Assembly (NCBI RefSeq): GCF_049554935.1
Contig: NZ_CP186926.1
Coordinates: 32,001 to 96,000, forward strand
Source: Methanocaldococcus indicus
GTDB taxonomy: Archaea; AGJL01; Methanococci; Methanococcales; Methanocaldococcaceae
Direction: 5' to 3'
Length of the DNA: 64,000 nucleotides
Shown here: piece by piece, positions 44,986-58,543 of the stretch
Layout: every line of letters begins with the position of its first letter
Numbering within the stretch: position 1 is the stretch's first letter
The notes under the pieces: model-generated
What the model was told of the DNA's origin: nothing
The model's database searches: none
The model's input: the letters and a program-made list of their open reading frames with translations, nothing else
Made by a program: the position numbers and the translations under genes

Positions 44986-46062
44986 TCACTTTATTATTTT
45001 TTTATAAAGGATATTATTTCTTTGGAATAGATTTTCTATCTCAAATATTAACTCATCAAAATAATATTCTTTTTCATTAAATATTTTTAATAGCTCTCCT
45101 GCTTCATCATCCCTACAATTTATAATTTTAAAGATAACAGAACCTATTGTAATATTACTCTTACTTAGTAAGTTGTCCTTATCTCCATCAACTACACCAA
45201 CAACCCTAACATTAAACCTTGCTAAGATATCCCCAACTATTTCAGTTGTATCATCTCCAATTGTTATAACTGCTAAATAATCTTTATATTTTAGAGCATC
45301 TTCACCAAAATGGTTTATATACCCAACTCTTCCAAAGTCTTTTTTTGGATAAGAAATTAAATCTTTATTATCTCTCCTCAATAAACCAGTTTTTATAACA
45401 GCTTTCTCTAAATCTATCTTTCCTAATCTTTCTAAACCTTCCTCTTTTAGAGTACCTCCAATTATTGAAATATTTCCATCTTCTTCTATTAAAATAACTT
45501 CATCATTATCAGCTCTTCCTATAACAACTCCATTTACAACTATTGGCTCTCCTTTCTCAACTCCATGTATTCTCCTAAATTTCTTATTTTTTTCTTTCCA
45601 AAATGTTAGACCATCAGAAATACATCTTTCTATTTTTAAATTTAACTCTTCTGATAGATACTTTACTATTTCATTTAATTTAGTATTTGAGTTATCAAAG
45701 TTCCATAATAAAATAGAGCCATCATTCTCTCCAGGTCTTTCTATCTGTATAATTGGCTTATTTATATTTGCTCTCTCAACAACAATTTTTCCAAAAGTAT
45801 GTCCAGTTATTTTAGATTTTCCATAGTTCAATAAAAAAAGAACATCACAATCATTAGATAGTTTTTTTAAAGCTTCTGAAGGGTAAAGTTTTTCAGATAT
45901 ATCTATTATATTATCTAATTTATTATCAATAACTGCAACTCTTCCCATAGTGCCTCCTAACTTTGCCCTAACATCACCAAATTTTTTTAAAAGATTAATA
46001 ATTTTTAGGGCATAACCACTATCTACAATCTTTGGTCCATGGACAACTACTCCAATCTTCAT
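44986..46062 (-). CDS. DUF2117-type methanogen protein
   Basis: GVVVHGP.IVDSG, GGTMGRVA and TIGDDTT motifs. Confidence 0.75.
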   Translation of the reverse strand: MKIGVVVHGPKIVDSGYALKIINLLKKFGDVRAKLGGTMGRVAVIDNKLDNIIDISEKLYPSEALKKLSNDCDVLFLLNYGKSKITGHTFGKIVVERANINKPIIQIERPGENDGSILLWNFDNSNTKLNEIVKYLSEELNLKIERCISDGLTFWKEKNKKFRRIHGVEKGEPIVVNGVVIGRADNDEVILIEEDGNISIIGGTLKEEGLERLGKIDLEKAVIKTGLLRRDNKDLISYPKKDFGRVGYINHFGEDALKYKDYLAVITIGDDTTEIVGDILARFNVRVVGVVDGDKDNLLSKSNITIGSVIFKIINCRDDEAGELLKIFNEKEYYFDELIFEIENLFQRNNILYKKIIK

Positions 46063-46064
46063 AA

Positions 46065-46916
46065 TTATTCAGCAAAATATCTTATAACATCTTTTTCGGT
46101 TATTATTCCAATTAGTTTATTGTCATCATCAACAACAGGAATTGCCCCTACATTTTTCTCAATCATAATTTTAGCAACATCTTTTAACTTAGCTTCTTCA
46201 TTAGTTGTTATAACATTTTTAGCCATAATCTCTTCCATTCTTACATTGGTAATTTCTCTGACATTTCCAGTTTTTAATTTCTCAAAAGCCCAATCACTAC
46301 CTAAAAGCTTTATAAAGTCAGTTGTTGTAATTATTCCTACTAATTTCTCTTCTCTAACTACTGGTAATCTTCTAAATTTATTTCTCACCATAGTTCTTGC
46401 AACATCTTTTAATCTCTCTCCAGGAGTAGCACATATAACTTTTTTTGTTGTATATTTATCTATTGTTGTATCTTCATCAATCTTATCAATTAATGTCTTA
46501 ATAACATCTCTCTCAGTTATAACTCCTAAAATTTTATTATCTTTATTTACTATTGGAACTCCTCCAACATTTTTCTCTAAAAATGTTTCAATAGCTTCAT
46601 CAATATCTGCATTCTCACTTAATGTAACAACATCCTTAGTCATAATTTCTTTAACTTTGTCATTTATTGCATGGTAAAAGTTTCTATTATGTTTCTCTCT
46701 AATTAAATTGTATTTGTCTCCTCCACCAATAAAATTAACTATATCCATAGCTGTTATAATTCCTTCTAACTTTTTACTTCCAGGATTTGCTACTGGTAAT
46801 CTTCTAAATTGGTTGTTGTTCATTATGATTAAAGCTTTTCTTATAGTTGTGGTTGGAGGAATTAAAACTAATTTTTTTCCTTTTACTACATCAAGAGCTC
46901 TCACACATTTCACCAA
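46065..46916 (-). CDS. Protein with four CBS domains
   Basis: Repeated FRRLPV/GGVPIV...GIIT..D units. Confidence 0.92.
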   Translation of the reverse strand: MVKCVRALDVVKGKKLVLIPPTTTIRKALIIMNNNQFRRLPVANPGSKKLEGIITAMDIVNFIGGGDKYNLIREKHNRNFYHAINDKVKEIMTKDVVTLSENADIDEAIETFLEKNVGGVPIVNKDNKILGVITERDVIKTLIDKIDEDTTIDKYTTKKVICATPGERLKDVARTMVRNKFRRLPVVREEKLVGIITTTDFIKLLGSDWAFEKLKTGNVREITNVRMEEIMAKNVITTNEEAKLKDVAKIMIEKNVGAIPVVDDDNKLIGIITEKDVIRYFAE

Positions 46917-47036
46917 TGAAAATTAGATTCTATATAATACTTAATTTCAGTAAAATAAATAGTTTATGATTTATAAAAAATTTTGAATTTTCTAAAAAAA
47001 GAATAAAAATATTAAAAATAAATATTAAAAATTATG

Positions 47037-48107
47037 TTATAAGTTTTCTTTTACTACTTTTGCTATTGCCCTACTTACACATGGTGGAACACTTTCTCCA
47101 ATCTGATTTAAAGAACTTCTTAATCCTCCTGCAAAGAGATGATAATCTGGATAACTCATCAATCTTGCCTGTTCTCTTGGAGTTAGTAATCTATCTTCAT
47201 AAGGATGAATAAAAAACCTCTTACCCATAACTGTCTCAGCTAATTTAAATGGATGTAATCTTATATAATTTCCTAATCTTCTATTAGCTCCTTTAAAGTA
47301 TAAGAAGGCATCTCCCCATCCAAGTTTATGAACTTTATTTCTATATCTCTTAGGAAGAGCCATATACTCATGGTTAGGAATATCTCTCCCTTTATACATT
47401 AAATCTCCAATAGCTTCAATAACTGTTGTTTTTTTAGTTTTTTCTGGATTTATTTCTATATTAGAGATAAATACTCTCCTTCTTACAGAAGGATTACCAT
47501 AATCTTCTGCATTTAACTCATTGAAGTATATGCTTTCATAACCTATATCCCTAAATTCTTTTATTAACTCTCCTTTAACATCTTTAATTCCTGGAACATT
47601 TTCCATAACAAAGATTTTTGGTTGTAAGTCTCCAACAATTCTTATATACTCTAAAACCAACCTTCCTGTCTCATCTTTATATAATCTATTAAAAGGATTT
47701 TTTTCTCTTTTAGGATTAGCTCCTGTATAACCTTCACAAGGAGGCCCTCCAATAACAACATCAACTTTTTTCTTAATTAGTTTCTCTATATCAATAGAAT
47801 GAATTTCTCTAATATCTCCATTAATAACTATTGGATTTAAATCTTCTCTATATGTTTTTAAAAATTTTAACCATTTAATAGATTCTTCATCAAAAGGATG
47901 TTTAAAAGGATAAATAGAGACATATCCTTTTAATTCCCTAATTTTAAATTCATTGTTTATTTTTTCTAAAATAGTTCCATTAAAATTTAAAGCATAGGAA
48001 AAAGCAGCATCTTCCTCTAATTCAATAGCCAATAAAGGATTAAATCCTTCTTCAACAAAACCTCTCGAAAATCCACCAGCTCCTGAAAATAAATCTATGA
48101 ACTTCAT
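47037..48107 (-). CDS. Cytosine-C5 methyltransferase (orphan)
   Basis: DLFSGAGG, GGPPCEG, MENV, R.RVF, R.LTPRE.ARL and QIGESV motifs. Confidence 0.9.
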   Translation of the reverse strand: MKFIDLFSGAGGFSRGFVEEGFNPLLAIELEEDAAFSYALNFNGTILEKINNEFKIRELKGYVSIYPFKHPFDEESIKWLKFLKTYREDLNPIVINGDIREIHSIDIEKLIKKKVDVVIGGPPCEGYTGANPKREKNPFNRLYKDETGRLVLEYIRIVGDLQPKIFVMENVPGIKDVKGELIKEFRDIGYESIYFNELNAEDYGNPSVRRRVFISNIEINPEKTKKTTVIEAIGDLMYKGRDIPNHEYMALPKRYRNKVHKLGWGDAFLYFKGANRRLGNYIRLHPFKLAETVMGKRFFIHPYEDRLLTPREQARLMSYPDYHLFAGGLRSSLNQIGESVPPCVSRAIAKVVKENL

Positions 48108-48114
48108 AACCAAC

Positions 48115-48318
48115 TCATTGTTTTGCTTTTAATTCTTTTTTCATATCTTGGTATATTTTTGTCCATTTTAGTTTTCTTGGATTTCTTCCCATAAAGTAAC
48201 TTTTTTCACATTTTCTTGAACAGAAGTATAAAACTTTTCCATCTTTTTCAACATAAACTTTTCCTGTTCCAGGCTCTATTTCATAACCACAAAAACTACA
48301 TTTTTTCCATTCTGGCAT
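48115..48318 (-). CDS. rpl24e: 50S ribosomal protein L24e
   Basis: CSFCG..IEPGTG...FCS.KC...RNPRKLKWT. Confidence 0.97.
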   Translation of the reverse strand: MPEWKKCSFCGYEIEPGTGKVYVEKDGKVLYFCSRKCEKSYFMGRNPRKLKWTKIYQDMKKELKAKQ

Positions 48319-48334
48319 AAATATCCCTCTAAAT

Positions 48335-48562
48335 TTATCTTCTTCTGTCTAATGGTCTTGCTTCTCTTTCTGTTTCTCTTAACATAATAATGTCTCCAAC
48401 TTTAACAGGACCTTTAACATTTCTTACTAAAACTCTACCAGTATCTTTTCCTCCCAATATTTTACATCTAACTTGGATAATTCCCCCAGTAACTCCTGTT
48501 CTTCCAATAATTTCAATAACTTCAGCAGCAACAGCCTCTTTATATACAAATTCATCCTCCAT
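48335..48562 (-). CDS. rps28e: 30S ribosomal protein S28e
   Basis: GRTGVTG, RNVKGPV and ETEREAR motifs. Confidence 0.97.
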   Translation of the reverse strand: MEDEFVYKEAVAAEVIEIIGRTGVTGGIIQVRCKILGGKDTGRVLVRNVKGPVKVGDIIMLRETEREARPLDRRR

Positions 48563-48627
48563 ATTTTCACCAAAAAATATAATTTAAAATTGTGTTTTAG
48601 GAAAAATATTAATTAGTTAAAATAATT

Positions 48628-48981
48628 TTATTCTTTTAATGCATTAATTTTTTCTATTAATTTGTTTAATTCTTCTTCATTGTCAGGCTCAATAATAGCA
48701 ACTGATGATGATGCTACTTCTATTCCTGCTGCCTTACCTAAATCTTGTTTTGATAAGACATAAGCATATGGAATATTTTTCTCTTCACATAATGGTGGGA
48801 GATGAGCAACTATCTCCTCTGGTTTAACATCTTCAGCAATAACAACTAACTTAGCAATTCCTCTCTCAACTGCTTTTGTAACTTCATTGGCTCCTTTTCT
48901 AATTTTTTTTGCTTTTGCAACCATATCTAAAATTTCTTTTTGTACATCTTCTGGAACATTGAACTTTACATAAATAGCCAT
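48628..48981 (-). CDS. rpl7ae: Ribosomal protein L7Ae
   Basis: [13 protein letters not shown] and [13 protein letters not shown] motifs. Confidence 0.97.
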   Translation of the reverse strand: MAIYVKFNVPEDVQKEILDMVAKAKKIRKGANEVTKAVERGIAKLVVIAEDVKPEEIVAHLPPLCEEKNIPYAYVLSKQDLGKAAGIEVASSSVAIIEPDNEEELNKLIEKINALKE

Positions 48982-48992
48982 TTTTATCCCTC

Positions 48993-49042
48993 CTTCATTT
49001 TTATTGGGCAATCCGGAGGGATTGCCCTTTAATATAATGAAG
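48993..49042 (-). promoter_or_regulatory. Structured 5' leader hairpin of rpl7ae overlapping the RBS
   Basis: GGGCAATCC/GGATTGCCC 9-bp stem plus a CTTCATT/AATGAAG basal stem. Confidence 0.6.
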
Positions 49043-49086
49043 TTAATAAAAAAATAGTAAAATACTATTTAAAAGTTTTGCTAAAA

Positions 49087-49359
<273 letters not shown>

Positions 49360-49446
49360 TTACAGTATATAAAGTTTATTGTTAAGAAAATTATATAAAT
49401 TAGACTAAAATGAAATTGAATATACTATAACTGAAATTGTGATATC

Positions 49447-49995
49447 TTGATAATTAAGAATGAGATTGAAGTTATTGGTTTTGATGATGCTCCTTTTAAA
49501 AAGAATGATAAAGATTGTATCTTGACAGCTGTATATATGAGAGGAAACAAAATAGTTGATGGTGTCTATTTTAAAAAGTTTCAAAAGGATGGATTAGATG
49601 TTACTAACAAAATTATAGATGTTGTTAAAGGAAAACACTATAACAAAATAAAAGTTATTTTTTTGTCAGGAATAACCTTTGGAGGATTTAATATAGCTGA
49701 TATAAATGAGATATACAAAAGAACCAATATTCCTGTGGTTGTTGTTATTGACAAATATCCAAATTATGAGAAAATATTTAATGCAATTAAAAAACATTTT
49801 TTAGATTATAATATAAGAATTGAGATAATAAAATCTCAACCAAAACCAGTAAAGTTAGATAATATCTATGTTCAATATGTAGGAATTGATTTAAAATCAA
49901 TAAAAAAGATTCTTGAAAAAACAAGATTAAAAAGTAAATTTCCAGAATGTTTAAGATTAGCCCATTTAATTGGAAGAGGATTTTTGTATTTATAA
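49447..49995 (+). CDS. DUF99 family endonuclease V-like protein
   Basis: IGFDDAPF, DGLDVT, GITFGGFN and PE.LRLAHLIG motifs. Confidence 0.85.
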   Translation: MIIKNEIEVIGFDDAPFKKNDKDCILTAVYMRGNKIVDGVYFKKFQKDGLDVTNKIIDVVKGKHYNKIKVIFLSGITFGGFNIADINEIYKRTNIPVVVVIDKYPNYEKIFNAIKKHFLDYNIRIEIIKSQPKPVKLDNIYVQYVGIDLKSIKKILEKTRLKSKFPECLRLAHLIGRGFLYL

Positions 49996-50064
49996 GTTTT
50001 CAAGAGGTATATATAAAAGCCAGAAAACTTAATTAGAAAAATTAACATATTAAATAATGTAATA

Positions 50065-50583
50065 TCATAATATTTTTTTAACAACTTCACCTTTTTCTAT
50101 CAACTTTATAATTAAATCAATATTCACAGGTTTGTAGTTTATAACCTCAACAGAAACATTAATTCTCTTTGTTTTGGGATTTATAAATGGATAATTATCT
50201 AAGTCATTTGCATGATGATGTCCATGTATTATCCATCCATCAAAATTTAAAGTGTAAGAACTATCTGGATTATGTATTAACATGAATTTATAACCTTTAT
50301 ATTCAATAATTTTAAATTTTTCTCCAAATTTGTCATGATTTCCTCTTATAAATATAATTTCTCCATTCAAATTACTCATTATTTCTCTTGCTACTTTATT
50401 TTTATTTCTGCTTAAATTAAAATCTCCTAAGAAATAAACAATATCATTATCTTTAACTGTGTTGTTCCAATTTTCTATAAGTATTCTATTCATCTCTTCT
50501 ACATCTTTAAATGGTCTATTACAATACTTTATTATATTTACATGATTAAAATGTGTATCAGATATAAGGAATATTTTCCTCAT
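50065..50583 (-). CDS. Calcineurin-like metallophosphoesterase
   Basis: SDTHF, LGDF, GNHD and HGHHH motifs. Confidence 0.9.
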   Translation of the reverse strand: MRKIFLISDTHFNHVNIIKYCNRPFKDVEEMNRILIENWNNTVKDNDIVYFLGDFNLSRNKNKVAREIMSNLNGEIIFIRGNHDKFGEKFKIIEYKGYKFMLIHNPDSSYTLNFDGWIIHGHHHANDLDNYPFINPKTKRINVSVEVINYKPVNIDLIIKLIEKGEVVKKIL

Positions 50584-50585
50584 AC

Positions 50586-51488
50586 TTAATCATCATAAAT
50601 AAATTTTAATAATCCTTTTTGTGCATGTAATCTATTTTCAGCTTGTTGATAGACAACAGAATTCTCACTATCAATAACATCATCAGTTATCTCTTTTCCT
50701 CTAATAGCTGGTAAGCAGTGCATAACTATACAGTCATCCTTAGCTAATTCCAAAGCTTCTTTATTTAATTGATAAGGTTTAAAGAGGTTTTCATCTTTTT
50801 CTTTTTCTCCCATACTAACCCATACATCAGTATATAATATATCTGCCTCTTCCAAAGCTTCTTTTGGATTGTTAGTTAGTGTTAAAGAGCCATCTCCATA
50901 TTTCTCAATAATATTTAAAGCTTTCAAAATATGTTTAGAGTTTGGTTCATAACCTCTTGGAGTAGCTATATAACAATCAATCCCTACCAAAGCACAACCT
51001 AAGATTAAAGAGTTGCACACATTGTTTCCATCTCCTAAATAAGCTAATTTTAAACCTTTAAATTTACCTTTCTTCTCTTTTATAGTTAGTAAATCTGCCA
51101 AAATTTGGCATGGATGAGCTAAATCAGAGAGTGCATTTATAACTGGAACATCTGAATATTTTGCTAATCTTTCTAATGATGTATGTGAAAAAACTCTGGC
51201 AATTATTCCATCTACATATCTACTTAAAACTTTGGCAGTATCTTTATAATCCTCCTTTCCTAAATGGAACTCTCCCTTATTTAAGGTTATTAAGTGCCCT
51301 CCTGATTCATATACTGCTAAATCAAAACTTATTCTTGTTCTTGTTGAAGGTTTCTCAAATATTATTACAAAACTTTTATCTTTAAGAAATTTTTCATGAG
51401 AATATCTATTTTTTTTAAATTTCCCACTATATTCCAAGATTTTATATATATCATCTCTACTAAATATATCTAAATCTAACACATGCAT
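50586..51488 (-). CDS. argF: Ornithine carbamoyltransferase
   Basis: PSTRTR, HPCQ, DGNNV, SMG and HCLP motifs. Confidence 0.96.
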   Translation of the reverse strand: MHVLDLDIFSRDDIYKILEYSGKFKKNRYSHEKFLKDKSFVIIFEKPSTRTRISFDLAVYESGGHLITLNKGEFHLGKEDYKDTAKVLSRYVDGIIARVFSHTSLERLAKYSDVPVINALSDLAHPCQILADLLTIKEKKGKFKGLKLAYLGDGNNVCNSLILGCALVGIDCYIATPRGYEPNSKHILKALNIIEKYGDGSLTLTNNPKEALEEADILYTDVWVSMGEKEKDENLFKPYQLNKEALELAKDDCIVMHCLPAIRGKEITDDVIDSENSVVYQQAENRLHAQKGLLKFIYDD

Positions 51489-51580
51489 ATAAATCCCCTT
51501 AGAAATTTTTATTTATAAGTTAGAATAATAAATTTGGCAATAATTAAATAAATAATTTATATATTGTGAGGAGGTTGTTT

Positions 51581-52081
51581 ATGAGACATGTTATATCTGC
51601 CTTAGTTTTAAACAAACCAGGTGTTTTACAAAGAATAGCAGGGTTATTTACAAGAAGAGGATTTAATATATCAAGTATAACTGTTGGAATAACTGAAAAT
51701 CCTAATTTGTCAAGAATGACTATTGTTGTTAATGGAGATGACAAAATAGTAGAGCAGGTAATTAAACAACTAAATAAGTTAATTGATGTTATAAAAGTTT
51801 CTGAGTTGGATGATAAATCTGTCCAAAGAGAACTCTGTCTAATTAAAATTTATGCTCCAAATGAATCTACAAAATCTCAAGTTATTCAATATACAGATGT
51901 ATTTAGAGGAAGAATAGTAGATTTATCTCCTGAATCTTTAACTGTTGAAATAACAGGAAGTTCTGATAAAATTGATGCATTTGTAGAGTTAGTTAAGCCC
52001 TTTGGTATAAAAGAAATGGCAAGGACTGGAATAACTGCTATGGCAAGAGGTCCAAAAGTTTTAAAACCAAAATCAAGGTGA
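51581..52081 (+). CDS. ilvN: Acetolactate synthase small subunit
   Basis: [19 protein letters not shown] and [12 protein letters not shown] motifs. Confidence 0.95.
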   Translation: MRHVISALVLNKPGVLQRIAGLFTRRGFNISSITVGITENPNLSRMTIVVNGDDKIVEQVIKQLNKLIDVIKVSELDDKSVQRELCLIKIYAPNESTKSQVIQYTDVFRGRIVDLSPESLTVEITGSSDKIDAFVELVKPFGIKEMARTGITAMARGPKVLKPKSR

Positions 52082-52085
52082 TTAA

Positions 52086-53483
52086 ATGGAAGATGTTAAA
52101 ATGATTTGCGGGTTAGAGATTCATGTCCAAATAGATACTAAATCTAAGTTATTTTGTAGATGTCCAACAAACTATAAGGATGTTGAACCAAACACAAATA
52201 TATGTCCAATATGTACAGGAATGCCTGGAGCTAAACCAATGCCTGTAAATAAAAAAGCTGTTGATGTTGCTTTAATGGTAGCTAAGATGTTAAACTGTGA
52301 GATAGTTCTTAACAAAGATATATATTTCCAAAGAAAACACTATGACTATCCTGACTTACCTAATGGTTATCAGAGAACATCTACACCAATAGGAGTTAAT
52401 GGAAATTTTTTAGGAATTGGGATAGAGGAGATACACTTAGAAGAAGACCCTGGACAGTATAATCCAAGTTTAGGATTAGTAGATTTTAATAGATGTGGAA
52501 CTCCTCTAATTGAGATAGTTACAAAACCAGATATTAGAAGTCCAGAAGAAGCAAGAAAATTCTTAAAGAATTTATTAACTCTATTTAGATATCTTGGGTA
52601 TCTTAGAGGAGAAGGAACAATGAGGGTGGATGTAAATATATCTATTGAATATAATGGAAAAAAAGGAAATAGAGTTGAAATAAAGAATGTCAATTCCATA
52701 AAAGGAGTTTATAAAGTTCTTAAATATGAATTAATAAGACAAAAAAATATAATGAAGAGAGGAGGAGAAGTAAAAAGAGAAACAAGAGCTTTCTTAGAAA
52801 GTCAAATGATTACAAAGGCAATGAGAAGTAAAGAGACTGCTGAAGATTATAGATACATCCCTGACCCAGATGTTCAGCCAATTGTTATAGATGAAGATTG
52901 GGTTAAAAAAATTGAACAAGAGATGCCAGAGACACCTTTAGAGAAGAAAAGAAGATTTATAGAGGAGTATAAAGTAGATGAGAAAGATGCAGAAGTCTTA
53001 ACAGCTGATTTAGACTTGGCAGAATTCTTTGAAAAAGTAGTTAAATTAACAAATGATTCTAAATTAGCAGTTGTATGGGTTAAAAATGAATTAGTAAGAA
53101 GTTTAAACTATCATAAATTAGATTTATATGAATGTGGTGTTAAACCAGAACATATAGCTGAATTAATAGAGTTAATCAAGAAAAAGGTTATATCTGAAAA
53201 AATTGCTAAGGAGTTAGTAGATGAGATAGTTAAAAATAGAGGAGAAAAAACACCAAAAGAGATAGTTAAAGAGAAAAACTTAACTGTTATAGAGGATGAA
53301 TCCTATTTAATAAAAGCAGTTGAAGAGGCAATAAAAAACAATCCATCAGCAGTTGAAGATTATCTATCTGGAAAGAAAGAAGCTCTTAATTTCTTAATGG
53401 GGCAAGTAATGAGAATAACAAAAGGTAGAGCTGAACCAAGAAAAGTTATTCAACTACTAAAAGAAAAATTAGATAAAAAATAA
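52086..53483 (+). CDS. gatB: Asp/Glu-tRNA amidotransferase subunit B
   Basis: GLEIHVQ, YPDLP, LEEDPG, R.DVNIS and YRYIPDPD motifs. Confidence 0.96.
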   Translation: MEDVKMICGLEIHVQIDTKSKLFCRCPTNYKDVEPNTNICPICTGMPGAKPMPVNKKAVDVALMVAKMLNCEIVLNKDIYFQRKHYDYPDLPNGYQRTSTPIGVNGNFLGIGIEEIHLEEDPGQYNPSLGLVDFNRCGTPLIEIVTKPDIRSPEEARKFLKNLLTLFRYLGYLRGEGTMRVDVNISIEYNGKKGNRVEIKNVNSIKGVYKVLKYELIRQKNIMKRGGEVKRETRAFLESQMITKAMRSKETAEDYRYIPDPDVQPIVIDEDWVKKIEQEMPETPLEKKRRFIEEYKVDEKDAEVLTADLDLAEFFEKVVKLTNDSKLAVVWVKNELVRSLNYHKLDLYECGVKPEHIAELIELIKKKVISEKIAKELVDEIVKNRGEKTPKEIVKEKNLTVIEDESYLIKAVEEAIKNNPSAVEDYLSGKKEALNFLMGQVMRITKGRAEPRKVIQLLKEKLDKK

Positions 53484-53519
53484 ATAAAACCTAAAAATCT
53501 TTATTTTTTGGTGAGATTT

Positions 53520-55199
<1,680 letters not shown>

Positions 55200-55202
55200 T
55201 AT

Positions 55203-56798
55203 TTATTTATTAGCAAACATTTCTTCTTTTTCTTCTTCTGTTAATATTTTAACAATTTCTTCTGGTTTTCCTACTTTAACTAACTTACCTTTTCTCATTA
55301 ATCCTGCTCTATCACAAACTTTTAAAACAAAGTCCATATCATGAGAAACTATAATGTATGTTTGTTCTAACTCAACTCTTGATTTTAATATTGATTCTGC
55401 TACTGTATTTCTTGTTATTGGATCCATTGTTCCAGTTGGCTCATCCAATATAACAACTCTTGGTTCTTTTATTAGTACTTGTGCTAATGCAACTCTATGT
55501 CTTTCTCCAACACTTAACTCATGTGGATATTTATCTAAAATTTTCTCAGCTTCTTCTTCACTAAATCCAACTGATGTTAAAGTATAGATAGCTTTCATCC
55601 TTGCAAACTCATCTGGAAGCTCTAAACCAATAGCAACAGTTAGATTTTCTAAGACAGTTCTGTATGGATAGAGTGCATATTCTTGGAATAGTATTCCAAT
55701 ATATCTCTTAACTCTACCTCTATGTAATCCCTTTTTAGTCATATCTATCCATTCATCACCTAATCTAAATAGATATCTTCCTTTTGATGGTTCTAAAACT
55801 CCTGCTATTATTTTAGCTAATGTTGTTTTTCCTGCTCCACTTGGTCCAACTAAACCAAATATTTCATTCTCTCTAATGTTTAGATTTACATTATCAACTG
55901 CTTTTATAACTCCTCTATCAACTGAACAGTAGTGTTTTGAGATATTTTCTAATCTTATAATGTCCTCTTTTATTTCAACTTCAACATCTGGCTTTTTAAA
56001 TTCTTTAACTTGTTCCATAAACTTCTTAACAATTTCCTTAGAATTACCTTCTGCTAAAATTTCTCCTTTTTCTAACCAGATAGCTCTATCTGTTAATTCA
56101 GCTATAACCTCTGGCCAGTGTGAAGTTAAAACTAATGATATTCCTTTATCAATAACTAAATTTCTTAAAGCATTATGAACAATTTCAGCTGTTTTAGGGT
56201 CTAATGTCCCAGTTGGCTCATCTGCTAAGAATATAAATGGTTCTTTAGCTACTTGTCTTGCTAAAACAACTCTCTGCTTCTCTCCCCCAGATAAATCTCT
56301 TGCAATATGTGTAATTCTATGCTCCAACTTAACCATTTTTATTAGTTCTAATGCCCTTTTATAGGCTTCTTCACCTTCATATCCAGCTTGATGTAAAGCC
56401 TCTAATACATTCTCTAAAACTGTTCTATCTCCATATAAAGCAAAAGTCCTTTGGAACATTATAGCAATTCTTTTTCTTAGTTGATAGGAATATTTTTTAT
56501 CTTCATATAAATTAACTTCCAACTTTTCCATCTCACTATTACATTTTTTACATATTTCTTTAGATGGAACATCTATAAATCCACACTTTTTACAGTATGA
56601 GATATGATAAATAACTTCTCCTTCAGTAGGTTCATATCCATCCATTCCTCTTAACATATGTAAAAGAACAGATTTTCCTGCTCCACTTCTACCTAATATT
56701 CCCAAAGCTTCTTTTTCATTTAAAGTAAATGAGATATTTTTTAAAACAACATTATCTCCAAATTTTTTAGTAACATTTTTAACCTCTAATAGTATCAT
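55203..56798 (-). CDS. atwA: Methyl-coenzyme M reductase system component A2
   Basis: Two ABC ATPase domains, CxxC...CxxC insert, [12 protein letters not shown]. Confidence 0.93.
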   Translation of the reverse strand: MILLEVKNVTKKFGDNVVLKNISFTLNEKEALGILGRSGAGKSVLLHMLRGMDGYEPTEGEVIYHISYCKKCGFIDVPSKEICKKCNSEMEKLEVNLYEDKKYSYQLRKRIAIMFQRTFALYGDRTVLENVLEALHQAGYEGEEAYKRALELIKMVKLEHRITHIARDLSGGEKQRVVLARQVAKEPFIFLADEPTGTLDPKTAEIVHNALRNLVIDKGISLVLTSHWPEVIAELTDRAIWLEKGEILAEGNSKEIVKKFMEQVKEFKKPDVEVEIKEDIIRLENISKHYCSVDRGVIKAVDNVNLNIRENEIFGLVGPSGAGKTTLAKIIAGVLEPSKGRYLFRLGDEWIDMTKKGLHRGRVKRYIGILFQEYALYPYRTVLENLTVAIGLELPDEFARMKAIYTLTSVGFSEEEAEKILDKYPHELSVGERHRVALAQVLIKEPRVVILDEPTGTMDPITRNTVAESILKSRVELEQTYIIVSHDMDFVLKVCDRAGLMRKGKLVKVGKPEEIVKILTEEEKEEMFANK

Positions 56799-57154
56799 TC
56801 TATCCCCTCTCTACAGTGTTTTCCATGTCTAAATCTATATCTAAAACATTCTCCACATTCCCTAATTTTATAGTGTCCTCCTTCAATATAGATAACTTTT
56901 CCATGTAGTAAAGCATCAACAATCTTTTTTCTTGCAGCTGTTAATAAATTCCACAAAGTTCTTCTTGAAATACCCATTAATTTAGCTGCCTCTTCCTGAG
57001 TTAAATCTAAATAATCAACTAATTTTAAAGCTTCTAACTCTTCAACAGTTAAATTAACTTTATCTAATTCAGATATTGGAATTCCTTGAGGTTTAAAAAC
57101 TTTAAATTTTGGTTCTTCACTTACTAGTCTTACAATTTTTGGTCTTCCTCTCAT
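56795..57154 (-). CDS. DUF134 HTH protein
   Basis: R.RPK..R, FKP.G, EELEAL.L.D and Q.EAA..M.ISR.T motifs. Confidence 0.88.
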   Translation of the reverse strand: MRGRPKIVRLVSEEPKFKVFKPQGIPISELDKVNLTVEELEALKLVDYLDLTQEEAAKLMGISRRTLWNLLTAARKKIVDALLHGKVIYIEGGHYKIRECGECFRYRFRHGKHCREGIE

Positions 57155-57155
57155 T

Positions 57156-57482
57156 TTAAACCACATTTACTTTTATATCTACTACTGGCACAGCAATAAT
57201 TGTATATTTCTCATTTGAGAGTTTTTCATTAATATACTTTTTAATCTTTAAAAACTTTTCTTCACTAACAACAGTCCCTATAACTACTGCATTTTTTGCT
57301 AAGTTTTTTATTGCATTAACAGCAGCTTCAGGAGCTTCATCAATTAAAAAACCTTTCCAATCTTGTGGAGACATACCTTTATATTCATATAAAAAGAATC
57401 CTGTTATTTCAGCCTCTGATAATGCATTTATTGCTTTTCCTACATTTTCAATTTCAACAAAAACATATACTAAAACTTTCAT
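57156..57482 (-). CDS. Methanogen-specific GlnB/PII-like protein
   Basis: [12 protein letters not shown] and [13 protein letters not shown] motifs. Confidence 0.65.
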   Translation of the reverse strand: MKVLVYVFVEIENVGKAINALSEAEITGFFLYEYKGMSPQDWKGFLIDEAPEAAVNAIKNLAKNAVVIGTVVSEEKFLKIKKYINEKLSNEKYTIIAVPVVDIKVNVV

Positions 57483-57565
57483 AGTTTCCCCTCTCTATTG
57501 AGATAATTTTTATAATTTAATTAAGAATATTTATAATTAATGTTAAAAAAAATCGGGGATTAACT

Positions 57566-58543
57566 ATGTTAATAAGACCAAGAAGATTAAGAAAAAATAA
57601 AAAAATTAGGAATTTAGTAGCTGAAAGTTGTTTAAGTGTAAATGATTTAATAATGCCTATTTTTGTAGATGAAAATATAAAAGATAAAAAAGAGATTCCT
57701 TCAATGCCAAATCAATATAGATTTAGTGTAGAGAAAGCTATTGAAGAGGCAAAAGAAATAGCTGATTTAGGTATTCCAGCAGTTATATTATTTGGCATAC
57801 CAAAAGAAAAGGATGATTTTGCCACATCAGCATATAAGAGAGGTAATGTTATTGAAAGGACTATAAAAGGTATTAAAGAAGAGATTGGAGATGAGTTAAT
57901 AGTTATTGCTGACTGTTGCTTATGTGAATATACAACACATGGACATTGTGGAATAGTAAAAGATGGAAAAATTTTAAATGATGAAACTTTAGAAATTCTC
58001 CAGAAGATAGCTTTAAATTATGCTGAGGCAGGAGCTGATATTATAGCCCCTTCTGATATGATGGATGGAAGAGTTAGAGCAATAAGAGAAATCTTAGAGA
58101 AAGAAGGATTTACTGAAACTTTAATTATGAGTTATGCTGCAAAGTATGCATCCTCTTTTTATGGACCATTTAGAGTAGCTGCTGATTCAGCTCCAAAATT
58201 TGGAGACAGAAAAAGTTATCAAATGGATTATAGAAATTGGAGAGAAGCATTAAAAGAGATAGAGTTAGATATAAAAGAAGGAGCAGATTTGATTTTAATA
58301 AAACCTGCATTATCTTATTTAGATATTGTTAAATTGGCAAAAGATAGATTTTTATTGCCTATTGGGGCTTATTCAGTTAGTGGAGAATATTCTTTAGTTG
58401 AAAGTGGAGCTAAACTTGGATATATAAATAGGGATGAGGTTATTAAAGAGATACTTTATTCAATAAAAAGGGCAGGAGCAGACTTCATTATAACATATTG
58501 GGCAAAAGAAGTAGCAAAAAAAATAATTATGGGATTATTTTAA
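57566..58543 (+). CDS. hemB: Porphobilinogen synthase
   Basis: [28 protein letters not shown] and IKPA motifs. Confidence 0.97.
   Translation: MLIRPRRLRKNKKIRNLVAESCLSVNDLIMPIFVDENIKDKKEIPSMPNQYRFSVEKAIEEAKEIADLGIPAVILFGIPKEKDDFATSAYKRGNVIERTIKGIKEEIGDELIVIADCCLCEYTTHGHCGIVKDGKILNDETLEILQKIALNYAEAGADIIAPSDMMDGRVRAIREILEKEGFTETLIMSYAAKYASSFYGPFRVAADSAPKFGDRKSYQMDYRNWREALKEIELDIKEGADLILIKPALSYLDIVKLAKDRFLLPIGAYSVSGEYSLVESGAKLGYINRDEVIKEILYSIKRAGADFIITYWAKEVAKKIIMGLF

Noticed and set aside
46039-46677. 212-aa plus-strand ORF
   Set aside because: Antisense shadow of the CBS-domain gene, with Ser/Ile/Phe-rich composition typical of reverse frames
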